DNA of 64,000 nt, from contig NW_026782111.1 of NCBI RefSeq assembly GCF_031769215.1, positions 310,001-374,000 on the forward strand, written 5' to 3'. Of this stretch, positions 51,265 to 64,000 are shown in pieces. Origin of the DNA: Ylistrum balloti. Taxonomy: Eukaryota. Each line of letters begins with the position of its first letter. Position 1 is the stretch's first letter. Below the pieces are notes generated by a model. It had not been told where the DNA came from, did no database searches, and saw only the letters and a list, made by a program, of their open reading frames with translations. The position numbers and the translations under genes were made by a program.

Positions 51265-54157
51265 CTTTCAAATGTTGTGACAAGTGGAGGCAGCAAGCGC
51301 CATGTTGGATATGTGGGTGATGACTGCTGATATCGACAATGCTACTGTAGCTAAGGATGAGAGGGCAGCGGGAAAGATGAGACGGGATAAACAAACAAAA
51401 AGCTGATGACAGATGACTTTACGCTTCAACTTGAAAAGAAACCGAAAATTTTATATCTATTTTTCTCAGTGTTCCGTTGTTATAACAAGAATGATAACGA
51501 TGTGTTTTAGACTTATTTGATTACGTAGCCGTCATGTATTTAGAGAGGTTGTAAATAATTATTTAACTACATTTTCACGACATTTCGGTCCCCTGAGAAA
51601 TGGTGGCAATGACAAGTTTATTTCTGTTATGCTGGTTTCCAATACTTTTCAAGGTTACACCAATTAGTTTCGTATTTCTGTTTGAAATGTTTTGTATTAA
51701 ACAAACTTCCCAATATAATTTTAAACCATTATGTTCAGAGAGTGAAAAAAAAATAATATATTGAAATAATACACTAAATGCATTACCTTGGAAAATATAT
51801 ATTACTTTCATGATCTTGTTTTTGAAGCAAAATTTGAAACTTTTTGACATTCAATGATGTAAATATTTTTTAATGAACATTTAAATGTCTTGTGATAATG
51901 TGAACAATAACTTTATTTCCATCGTTCTAACGAGTTATGGAATTCACAATCGATAAAAAACAGCGATGGTTATATTACAAATACATCAATTGTCTTTAAT
52001 AGTTTCCAATCTATACTATTTTCTTTACATATTCGGTGATTTATACGGATCTAAGGAGAAAAGGAAACCAATATGTCGGTCTATATCAAGCCAAATGATA
52101 GCGCTCTGTGACGAATGATAGGAATTGTCTGAGGTAAAATTGTAGAAAGACAAATTAACACTTGCCTAGGCCATATAATTGTATACTTTAGACAAGCCTT
52201 GGAACACTGTACTGAAAGTGATATGTATTATCAATTTGAATAATCCATTGATAGTTGAATAACGTTCGAACAGAAACTGGTCTTTAGAGACAATATTCAA
52301 CTGTGTAAATGAAGAGTGAACAGAAACTAAGGTATGGTTGAATAAATTATTGATTAAAGTTAATTGAACTTTATCATTTGTTTCATATTTTAGCTCTTTT
52401 CATTCAGCAACATTCTGACATTCTATTTTTTGGCAGGGATGAAAGCATGGTTAGTACAGTGTAACTGTTATTTAAGTGTATAAACAGTGTATTTCGTATC
52501 GACACCATACTACATGTGTACATTGTAATACTTAATCTGATCACGTAGAATCTAATAATATGTCGTTCATTATTACAACACCGTTATTATCCACAAAACA
52601 TTGAGGTAGAACGAGCAGTTAAGAACAAAAATGGTACGCTTTATTTTATGCTTCAAATTTATAGGGTTTGATAAATATGTTTAAATCATATTAAATAGTA
52701 ATATATTTTTTATATATATCATTCTCGTTAGAAAAGGATGAAAGATTCAATGGACATATCAGATTCAGGAAAGTGTGTATATCAAAACTTTATTAAATTA
52801 AAGGATTATATATGCAATGTGTGCATGACGTCATTTCTATTGATCCGAAAAATGTGAATTTGTGTATTTAGATTTCCGTGAAAAAAAAGAAATTGAACAT
52901 ATCTTGGAATTGTGCAATATTGCTCTTTGCTGAATCTTAATACTTAATGGTAGCTTCATTTTGATTGGATTATAATCTTCGTTACGTCATCACATATTCG
53001 ATATTGTGTATTGAACAATTAAGTGTAATATTACTCTAAAACATGAAATCGATTAATGCTTTCGTTTAGAGTTTAGTATGAAATAAAATGCACATGTATA
53101 ACGAAAAAATGTTTCCTCTTGAACTGTTTAACTTAGTTTAAATTTTGATTTAGTAACGCTTATAACAATACATTTTAAAATTTAGATTGAAATTAAGATA
53201 GATAATACATAGATTTAGATGACATGCCCAAACCCTATATAATAAGTTCTACGAAAGATGAATCTTATATACTATAACCTAATCACACCTCTAAAAGGTA
53301 GATCTTTGATAAGGATTTTATAATTGAAATATTGTTTTGAAGGTTAAATGTTTTTTCTGTAATTTTTTCGCGATAAATTTTCGTTCCTATATTTTTTCTT
53401 TATATATATATCTAACGGGTGCGTCGATTCAGCAATGCACCTATCTGAAAATTTTAAACTGAGCTAGATCTGAGTGTGTAAGATTACTATTGCAGTAAAA
53501 AGGAAATAGGCATAACATAGCCATAATGCTATTTTTAAAATTCTACATTATTGCAAGGTTTGGTCAAGGAGAAGCCATTTGATACAAAGTCGAAACCAAA
53601 TATTCAAATAAAAAATCATATCACTAGTTTTATTTTTGAAAGAAACATATGAACACATTACTTCTTCTTTAAAAGAGAAATATAATTAATGCGTTATCAA
53701 CGAGGGACTAATATACATGTAATTTTCATGCTACATACATTCTTTGCTTATACAAGATGTGCTGTTTCATAAATAGTGGTAGCGCGAGTATACAATAACA
53801 GTCACTTCCACCCATCTGATCAAGGTCACAGAAATGCTTAGCTGTGTTCCAAGCGAGGGTGATGAGCAGACGATAACTATACACTGAATGACAAATATGA
53901 AGGTGTATTATGTATATGCAAGGACTGCAAAGCATCAGACGCCGTAAATGATGATGACGTCATTTTTACATTTTTACGTCACAGTTTTCACTATGAAGGC
54001 GGGTTTTACCCTTTGTGTGTATCTCTTATAGAGAACGATATACTATATGCCCTTTGTCTCTTGCATGTTCGACATATCAATAATATATCAAATATGCAAG
54101 CGACTCGGACTAAATATGGGACGAACAATATCACATTAAATACACTTTCCATCCTAG

Positions 54158-54609
54158 CTATGACGTCACTGCGTCATGTTCTGTGTCTGAGTTGTTATTC
54201 TCCCTGTCCGACAAACAGGTGTTTTCCTTCTCGGAACTTTCCTGATCACTTTCTAAACAGCTCTTAGATAATTTGGCTGGAGATGGTTCAGACTCACTGT
54301 CCATATCGCTATCATGATGAGTTTCTTCATCTGTTTCAAGCTTTGAATGGACTACGTCATTTTTCAGCTCTTCGAGATCACGTTTAAGTTTTGCACGCCT
54401 GTTCTGAAACCATGTTATAACTTGTGCATTTGTCAAACCAAGCGTTTGAGCGATTTCGTCTCTATCAGCCGGTGTTAAATACTTCTGGTATAAAAATCTT
54501 TTTTCGAGTTCATATATTTGTTGGTTTGTAAATGCTGTTCTTGATTTTCTTCGCTTCTTTGGTGGTTGGTGTTTCCCAAACAATGCGGCTTGTTCACGTC
54601 TTTTGGCGT
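54158..54609 (-). CDS. Lbx: Ladybird (Lbx) homeobox transcription factor, last coding exon (homeodomain at about 54374-54553)
   Basis: Translation KHQPPKKRRKSRTAFTNQQIYELEKRFLYQKYLTPADRDEIAQTLGLTNAQVITWFQNRRAKLKRDLEELKNDV matches the diagnostic Lbx homeodomain and its flanks (TWFQNRRAKLKRDLEE). A pyrimidine-rich acceptor (TTGTTTTATTTACTATTTCAG) ends at 54610, giving a phase-1 exon start. Acidic Ser-rich tail and TAG stop at 54160-54158. Confidence 0.96.
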
Positions 54610-57600
54610 CTGAAATAGTAAATAAAACAAATGGGTTACACATAATTGATAGAAAAGTATGACATGCATATTTGCGTGTTGCAATATCATATATCATCTT
54701 AATAACATCAATTAATTTCAAATAAATGACTGTATAGAATGCCACAAATCAATGCCGAAATGCCTCATTAATCACGAAATCATATATGAATATTTCCAAC
54801 TTAAAGCCAATACAATAATAGTCGAGAGCACTTTTAAGGTTCGGCAAAACAAGTAAGAAATACCATTCTGATTGCCAGCAGTATTATTTTTATATCAGTT
54901 ATTTGAACATAAAAAAGACATATATGGATGCAGTTTTAATGCGTTGATGAATATTAATGTATGTATTATACCAAGCGTAAAGGTGGATTTTTGTGGTCTC
55001 TGTTGTTTGATGGTAAATGTTTTATGAAAGCAAAAATGCACAAAGAGATAAATTGATCGATATATTTTAATACATTTGACTTTAAGAGTACACATGTATA
55101 CTAGCCTTGCTGCCAGTTATCTTAGTGAAAATGACATTCAATACTGCCATGTACCCTATACTGTATATCTTTACTTGTATGGCTTCCCATCATCATTGCT
55201 AGTCATCAAAAACAGTTTCATGATAGAACTAAAAATTGACACGAAAAAAGGAAATTGTTATATTTACTGGTATCAAGAACGTATTAAACTATTAAAATGT
55301 ATTACCAAGTTCCAGGTTACTGTATCGTTGGGTATTTTAGTGGGGTAATATTTCCGCTTTTTCGCGGTACATTAACGTGATCGCGAAAATTTAATTCATT
55401 GTGAATGAAAATCACAAAAATTACTAGCTATACGGTATCATGTAAGTATTCAACTGATTCGTCTTAAATGTTAAACACAATCGGCAGTATAGGGAATACC
55501 AGTACAACTCTTGCCATGTCTTTTTTAACATAAGAAGTGCAGTGGTTGTATTTGTAAGCTATGTTGACTTTGCAATCTATGACACTGTTGTTTGGATTTT
55601 TCCTAAAATAATATTTACTTCAGCGTAATTAAATGAGAAATTTTCGTTCATCGTTCACCTACGTTATCCATCAGTTAACTTGATATAATATATATATGTA
55701 TATCTAAGATGAATCTCATTTACAGAGAAGTCACGTGCCAGAGTAACATACACCCTTAAAACAACATTAAAGGTTGTAACCATGGCCTTATATCAAGTTT
55801 TCTTTGTATAATCTATCTTATTTTCTGATTAAAGAAGAAAAACATTTCCTGAATAACTAAATGTCTTTAATCTTTAAGGGGAAAAAATGACCTTTTTAGG
55901 TTTTTTTGTCTGTTCCTTTTGTTAAAGAAAGATCTCATTCTAATTGTGTTAGTCTGATATAAGATCGATTTTGTCAATTACCACAGTAACGAAAATGATT
56001 GTGTGTTCGAGCAAATACCATCGATGTGTCTAGAAAACCTAAGTGGCGCTATAGGATTACGTTAGAAAGACTATTGTAGACAATGGAAGATATATATATT
56101 GGGTTTAGTTAAGCATTAGGTATTAAATACCTAAGCGCTGTCGTCTTGCGATCGTGTTTTGAAGCCAAAACGATATATTTACACTGACAGTGGTAAGATA
56201 AGCTTTCAACGAAGCCCTTGAAGATGTATACATGTTTTTGTCGTGTTTGTTGCCGACTATACCGACCAACCCAATTACAGAAGCATATCATTTGTATTGA
56301 AAACGGTTAATAGAGAATTACTGTTGCTTCAAATTTGTGGTTGAACATTGCAATGTCCCAATTGGCGGCATCTTCGGGGATTTTTTTAGTATTTTAATAA
56401 TGTTAGAGTTAGCTTGTTACGGTCTTGACGACAGCTAACAGTCAAGCTGCCAAAGAAAATTAGATGTTTAAATTCGCAAATGAAAGAGTACATAGGGCTT
56501 GTAGCCATTTCAACAATCCATTTGTTCTCCGAATAAATCAAGTGCGCGAGATGGTTTAATATGCACATAAAATACGACTTATTGAATATCGGCTATCAAG
56601 GAATGCCAGCACTAGGATGGCGTGCTTTATTGCTACTGTTACTAACACCACAGATGTATGAGGAAACATTGTTTTCAATGTTTAATGTCTGAACCTCTAA
56701 TAGGAGGTGAAGAGGTCCCGTGCTTGTGTGAGGTCCACGTGTGTCGTTGCTGGCCTGTCAGCATTATACTGAGCCTAGTGTGTTTTTAACAGAGTATCAA
56801 GCCTGTCGCCTAGACGTATACAGTGTACCATATGGCTCTTAATTTTCACTTACATTTTCCATTAAACTATCATCATTACCATTTTTATTAGTTTAAGGTA
56901 CATTGCTTCGGTCAGACATCAGATAAAAAAAATGTTCTTTTTCTTAAAGGGGTGGGGGGGATGGGGTTTGGTGGTGGTTTGGGGGTATGGTTATGGAAAT
57001 GTAATTTTCATGACTTTATTACATCAGTTGTTAAAATTTAAGTTTAAAGGAACCTTATATTCAATATACGAAGATAAATATTTCTATTTAATCTGAATAT
57101 ATGGACACTGAGAGAAAAAGCATCCTCAAAAACAGTGTAAATGGTTAAAGTATGAAGCTTAAAACGTTGTGAAAAGAAGAACTCTTTCAAATACAGCATG
57201 TACCTGTTCTTTATCGGTTCTCTGTATGTGTTTTTTTCGTTTGTTCATATGTTGTCCTACTTTTTTAAAATTTGACGTTGGATAATGATTATGTTGACAT
57301 GTTAATATTTTCTTGTTGTATCTTTATTCCCATGCTCTTTACACATAACCAGCAAATATACGATTGTGATATAAATTGAGTTATTGAAAGTATTGTCACT
57401 TTTGCATCTCATCGACGTTTACCGTACATTTAACGTGTCTTATAAAAACATTTTCAGAAACACCTAACCTGAAGGCCGAGGTACACTTAGTAAACTTTCC
57501 AGTTATTGCCCCAAAAAAGTCGGCAGGTGTTAACATACGTTCATGTTAATTAAAGTCATCAATTTAATTAAAATTGGAAGTTTTTGTTTAAAGATATGTT

Positions 57601-58451
57601 AATAAAAGTTTTAAAAATGCGTATTTCACGTGAATAAAGACATATTTTCATATGTCGGTATGCAGTTTTTTTCATTTTGTAACTAATTAAATTACGGGCT
57701 CCCTTGAGAGTGTTCAAAATGCACACATGTATATTATTTGTAAATGAAATCAGTTAATGTAGAGGAAAAGCCGAGACTTTTAGTTGGCCTTAGCTGGGGT
57801 TAAATATGATGGTAAATTATAACAATGTTTATGATAAATACGTTAGATGCTAATTTTGTCATTTGTTTGTTTCATTTTCCTTCATCTGACAGTTTCATGA
57901 AGAAGAAGACATATGTACGAATATTTCATTAAATTATTCTAAGGTCGGCTTCGTCAACGTAAGACTTAAACAAACAGCATGTACTTTTCTAGTTTAAATC
58001 AATTTTGAGAATTAATGTACAGAAAATGCAAAGTGTGTCTTTGTTTATACTGACAGAAGGTAGATTTAGGAAAAATTAATGAATGCTATTTAACATAAAA
58101 GACTTTTTATTTTGTTAAACAACTACAGCGTGGAAAAAGAGAATGTATCACAGTGGAATATAGACATGACAACTGCGCTATGAACTTGTCATCCATGCCC
58201 GCTTCTGCTCAGCTGACAGAAACAAAATGGCGATAGCTGGACACCTTGAGAGTTCATGGTAGTGCAACTAGATTATACTTGCCGTTGCTGTCACGGATAA
58301 TACTTTATATTTTCATTAGCTTCATTCAGGGCATTAGCATTAAAATATCTTTAGGAAACAGCTTCACAACTCTAACATCCTAACAACTTATGACAGCTGC
58401 GGTGCCATCAGTATCCAATATGGATGTTAAATGACTAAAGAGCAAAAGTCT

Positions 58452-58617
58452 TACATACTAATATCGTTATCTCGAAGTCGTGCAACTCAGGAGACCCCTT
58501 TTAATTCGAAGTAATTAGTCGTTACCAGCAAAACTTCTCGAAATCTCTCAAAATACTCTGATAACTCGAAGTTTCCTCATAGTTCCGTCGACCTCGAGGC
58601 AATACGGTTCGACTTTA
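58452..58617. mobile_element. pogo/Tigger-like MITE relic in the Lbx intron
   Basis: The left end TACA..ATATCGTTATCTCGAAGTC and RC of the right end TAAAGTCGAACCGTATTGCCTCGAGGTC both resemble a TACAGTCGAACCTCGTTATCTCGAA-type TIR. Confidence 0.45.
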
Positions 58618-61334
58618 CTTGCTTAAAAAGGCAGGAAAGTGAATATCGCATATCTCTGGGTTTTTTTAATTTCAGAATTTGACACAAATACTGAAAGTGA
58701 AAAATACAGTCGTTTGGTGATAGGTTGATGCCTGGGTTCTGGGTGTAAGATCGTTTTATAAACGTTATTGCAAGGATTTGAAATTTCAAAAGTTTAAATC
58801 ATCGCAATAACAGATGTTATCTAAAAAAGGAAAGTCCTAAATATTTTAATAATAATAGCAATAAGGTTATTTAATATATATCTAAATATGACATTTCTTC
58901 ACACTATTCATATGAGCTTGTCCTGTGTTTGCTAATTTCATGTCATGTTTTTTGATGTTGTATTCACATTTTAGAAACATATATGTGTTTCCTCTTTCTA
59001 ATTAGAAAAATTTAACTCCTTGTCCTTAACAACAGAAACCCAGGTGACAAGTCACAGGTGTTGATTATAAGTTGATGAACTTGTGTATTTATTAAACAAC
59101 CTTGTGACCTTTTATGATAAATGGGAGTCCAATTTGACAGGTATGGTCAGGTATATTTGAAACTGATCCAGAGTTTACGAATATAATTGTATTTAGTTGT
59201 TTGTCGTGGATCACGTTAACGAGATCTACCTTTCTAAATGTGACAAGTTATTTATGCATAGGGATATCTAGCTTAACAATTCATATCTTGTAGAACACCA
59301 CGCCTATCATGGAACGAGATATTGCATACCATTAAAACTAATTTAATCTGAAACAGATCTATTTCAACCTCCTCCAACATATTTATGACCAAAGCTAACT
59401 ATTAACAATGTAATTTGACTTTAATTGCGTTACCAAATATTATATAAGCCTCAGAAGGCCAAACAGAAAAGGTAACTGACACTTACTCGCTCTATCTCTG
59501 ACCCGCGTGCATTCAATTTACAATGATTTAACTAATATGATTATTTCTAAAGATATTTCAAGTGATCTTTTGTATATCTGACACGAAATAGAATTTATGC
59601 AACTTGCATAGAAACTTATTTACGACTAATCCCTATAACGTTGTATTTTTCTGCTTTGTCACAGTGACCATGTGTGTGCCGTATGTTCGTTGCAGAGGTT
59701 TTTTCTGTTTTGAGATTGCAGAACAACCTATAATGGATGGCGTTATAATGAACGATGAAAACACTACAAAGTAGTCTAGGGTAAACTGTATGGATGTAAA
59801 ATGCACACTTTGTAACACAGAAACATATGTCAGTTGACTTAAAGGGAATCTCTTTCATTGATCTTCAACGCAATGAGTTTCTTTTTGTTCTTCTCCCAGT
59901 TTTAGATTTTGAATAATTTCTTAATCTGGTCACTTCCTGTTTTGCATTCGGATGTCATTCTATATGACCTTATCTGAGTCCTTTCGTCCTTGTCTTTGTC
60001 CTTCCCTCTTTAAACTTATCTAGTTCCATTTTTTGTCCACCGCTTTATCGGCATATTGTATGTGTAACTGTTTGGATGTCACGTTATTTTTTAAACGTCC
60101 ATCTCATAGTCTATGTTAGTCTTTCTATCACTCTTGGTCTCTAGTTTTAAGTTGACCTTTCTGTCTACATAACCTGACAATGTATGTTATATCCTTTCAA
60201 CGATCCATCCATCTTTTATTCATTCTGGCTATCTACATTTTCCATTAACTTCCTCTGTCTTTCAATTATCCCAAATATCACCCTCTGTTACTATCAACTT
60301 CCTCTGTCCATCTATCTGTCTGTCGTTCGGTCCAATTATCACCGTCTATTGCTATGAACTTACTTTGTCTATTTCAGCTTCCTCTGTCCTGCTATCTCTC
60401 TATCCCTTTACCCAATTATCACCCTCTATTGCTATCAAATTTCTTTGTCTATTTCAGCTTTCTCCGTCCTTATATCTGTCTATCCCTTAGCCCGATTATC
60501 ACCCGCGGTTTTAAGAGTCGTAGATACATCAGCTATAGGTATTTGACAGCCTGACAGGTACTAATCATCAGATTAATGGAAAATTCTACGATCAGAGATA
60601 CACTGATCTATCACTTTGTGTCACCTCTACCTAACTAGTATGGATCACCTTGGTGACCCGTATGTACATCATTCCATGCTTACCTAGTCAGTCTATATGA
60701 TAGCAACATCCATCAGGTGATATCATGTTTACCTACATGTAACGCTTACATGCATCAGCTGTATGCTTGCGATTCAGAAATATACGTGTTTCCAACGTTA
60801 CCCTTCCTTTATCATACATAACATTACAGACTGCTAGTTCGATATCTTGCCAATTTGACTGAATAACTTTAGATGATTTAAAATTGTAAGCATTCCTACC
60901 AAGTTAGCAACTTTTCTGAGCTATTTATGAGTAACTTTGAAATATCATGGAATTTTACAGCGGCCCAGTTTACACTTTTTTTTCATTATTATTGTTTGTT
61001 TGTTTGTTTTTAACCTTATAGTTAATTAATCTATCCTTATTATGTTGAGAAGTGTTCTATCAATACATGTTACAGTATATTTGGCTATTTGTGTAAACAA
61101 AAACACAATCTTTTTTATGTATGTATAACACTCCGTTATCGAAGTCTCTTTACACACCGTGAATGTGTTTGGGAAAGTTTGCATGAAACGTTTATTCTAA
61201 AATAATCACACTACTTGTAAATGCATTTCTTTCATACAAAAGGATTTCAAATCTTTATAATAGTAATAAATACATTATATTTATATTGCTGTTGTATTCC
61301 TTCATATAAATAAGATATTTAAAGATATATCCAA

Positions 61335-61395
61335 AATCCAAAGCGATCGAAAAGAAAGTCACAATTTAGACGGGGAGGCGCAGCAGCCATTATTG
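61335..61395 (-). mobile_element. 5' flank fragment of the HHR carrier family (no ribozyme)
   Basis: AAAGCGATCGAAAAGAAAGTCACAATTTAGACGGGGAGGCGCAGCAGCC aligns with 46982-47031 and 28600-28640. Confidence 0.5.
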
Positions 61396-64000
61396 AAACA
61401 GCGAAAATATCATATCTCGTAAATAAGAGTATTTACAGTTGAAGACCTGTATACAAGCTGGTATTGACTTACTGATATCCTTAGTAGGTGATATACGTGT
61501 CATCATTTAATGTAAGTACAGATTTACATCACCTGAGTACTACCTATATGGGTGAGGATGGTTGTTAGTCAGTAGATAGAACGAGCCTTAAGTGACAACC
61601 CTCTGCCGATATCTCTGATTGATAGGTCAAGTGATGGACACTAAACGTCTACGATGAGTTTGCACCTTTAGTGACGACTTAAGGAACGAGAATAATACGT
61701 CTTCATCTCAATAATGATGACCGCCATGTGGGGCGTAGGGGTTAATGTGTCCAGTCAAACATATACCGTATAGGTCATATATGCAATGGAGCGAAGCAAC
61801 GGAACGATTGGAAACGATTTATAGGCCTTCTCTATTGAGGCTTGAAGTATATTTATCGTCTGAGTACATATATTTCATGGTACATAGTAGAATGAAAACG
61901 AATTCCAATAATCATCATTTGCATTAAAAACAGATGATTTTCCTGTTAAGAATTTGCGTATTTTTTACCACGATATGCATAGTTTAAAGAAAATTTACAA
62001 CAAAACAACGAACTAATAACGACATTTTGCCGTTTCTAAGAACTTACTTTGTGTCTTTTTTGTAATATCTTTAACCAAGAACTGGCAGCATATTTTACTT
62101 CAATGCAATATTCATCGCATTTAATTCATAATTCATTTCTTAAATTGGAAATTGATTTCTTGAGTAATGTGTGTTACCATTTGCATGACAGCAGACGTGC
62201 TTGATTTCATTTAAAAATAATACGGAACTATTATACCATAATTAATTTCAAAACGCTCCCATATTCTATCGCTTTCAGATTCTTTAAGAATAATTATCTC
62301 AATAGTTCAAATTATGATTAATGTCCAAAATATAATGAGTGGTAAATGCGAACTGTTCGATCTTGAAATTACGACAATTCGGCCTTGCCTCGTAATCATC
62401 CCTTTGTCATACTCAATTATCACGTGACCACATCTCGCAATCGTTAATTAACCCGGGACCTCAGAGTTTTCCACAAAACCTCAATTTCTGACCACACGAG
62501 ATTTCCTGTAGTGTAGTACTAGACCACGGGATGGCCAATTATTAAACTTCATTATGAACGGGTTGGGAACGAAAATATGGACATATTTAAATCAAATTCC
62601 TTATTGAAAATCAATCGATAAATCTATCAAGGAGAATGGAATTGATATGAGCCAACACAACATTTCTACAACTCATCACAACTAACAGATCTCTGTTGCT
62701 TCATCATTTCTCCTTCATCCAAAATCCCTCCAGGATTTGATAAATCCCTAACTACTTATTTGTAACTCATCTCGCGTTTCCTTGCTGAAAATAGCTCACT
62801 TTATGCTTCCTTATTTTCCTGTCTAACTATCCCGTCCTAGTTACAATATCCTGTCCGATCCCCTGACTAAGGCTCACGCTCTGTACTATTCTGTCTCCAA
62901 ACCGCAATAAAGTTAGTGGTTCTTTGTTGTGACTACTAAAGAAATATCTCTATTTTCGTCACACAGTTTCGGTTCCAAACATTTTTATTCTAACTCTAAG
63001 CATTTTTACCAACAAACCTTTTCTCTCCCCCTCCTCCCCCTTCCTACCCCCTCTCACATCATTACGACCACACGTACTACTTCGAATCATCTCCTAAAAT
63101 GTATATATAGAATGTGTGTATTGTCAATCATTAATTTGTCATGAAACAGTCAACAGTTAGTATAAATATCGATATCTTGTTTACAGCTGATATTCGCGAC
63201 ATAAATCCATCACGTACCTGTCAGCTCGACATCTCAATGACGACCCGCCAGTTTTTGAATACTAAGTGGACAGATCGGTTAATCATAAGAAATTCCAAAC
63301 GTCATTGGTACAATGAAAGATTAGATGCGATCGAAGGTCAGTTTGTGAACTCGGCTACTTAACTCCCTGTGCGTATGTTCGGGGCAACAGGTGATGGGCT
63401 GTTTTAATCGGATCCGTTTTAATACCAACTTAACAATTCGACTAATTAGGATGATGGTACCTTCGACACGTCCTGAGAGAATAAATTTTGTCAGTGAAAT
63501 TTCACTAAACATTTCATTTAAAATGTCATGATCTTTGAACATTTACAATTCGGTCGGTTCAAAGTTTTTCTTAAATGTTAAGAGTAGGTATTTAACCTAT
63601 AAATATATATTAAAAGTACAGTTATGATATACTTATCATGATGAATTTATTTTCTATGTTTCCAGGTGTTAAGGACAAAAACTAATTATCATAATACGAA
63701 GTTTCCTAATACAATAAACCATCGAAGAGAGACTTTGAGAGGAGAGAATTTGAGAGGAGAGAATTTGAAATTTGATGAGTTGACAGTCATAATTCATTTG
63801 GGAAATAATTAAACAATATGAAGTTCATTTATAATGAAAATACCGTTATACAAATAGTGTTAAAACATCTAAAGTACATTTTCGATTGGTAGCAAAAATA
63901 TCTATCAGGTTTGTTTTAACTTTGAATAAAACAAATTTAAACACAATATTGATTAAAACTGCATTCAAAAGAGATACAAACTTTTCTGTTTCATTTAAGT

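Noticed and set aside
54610-54745. N-terminal 45 aa of the listed 195-aa Lbx ORF
   Set aside because: Lies upstream of a canonical acceptor, is AT-rich and has no Lbx similarity; interpreted as intron read-through.

Overview
Eukaryotic, AT-rich (roughly one-third GC by eye), repeat-dense genomic DNA. The SINE, MITE and Penelope-type relics resemble those of bivalve molluscs (inference, not confirmed). The only clear protein-coding sequence is the homeobox-containing last exon of a ladybird (Lbx) gene on the minus strand (54158-54609); its first exon is not recognisable in the window. The rest is non-coding: four minisatellites, microsatellites, a tRNA-derived SINE, several MITEs and Penelope-like retroelement relics. 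The most striking signal is a 45-nt minimal hammerhead ribozyme module (CTGACGA core, GTCC/GGAC stem II, GAAA, palindromic stem III, GTA cleavage triplet). It occurs as two head-to-tail arrays (10 and 16 units) and as about ten decayed copies inside one dispersed ~200-250 bp carrier element. Nearly all long ORFs in the ORF track are artefacts of tandem repeats whose unit length is a multiple of 3.
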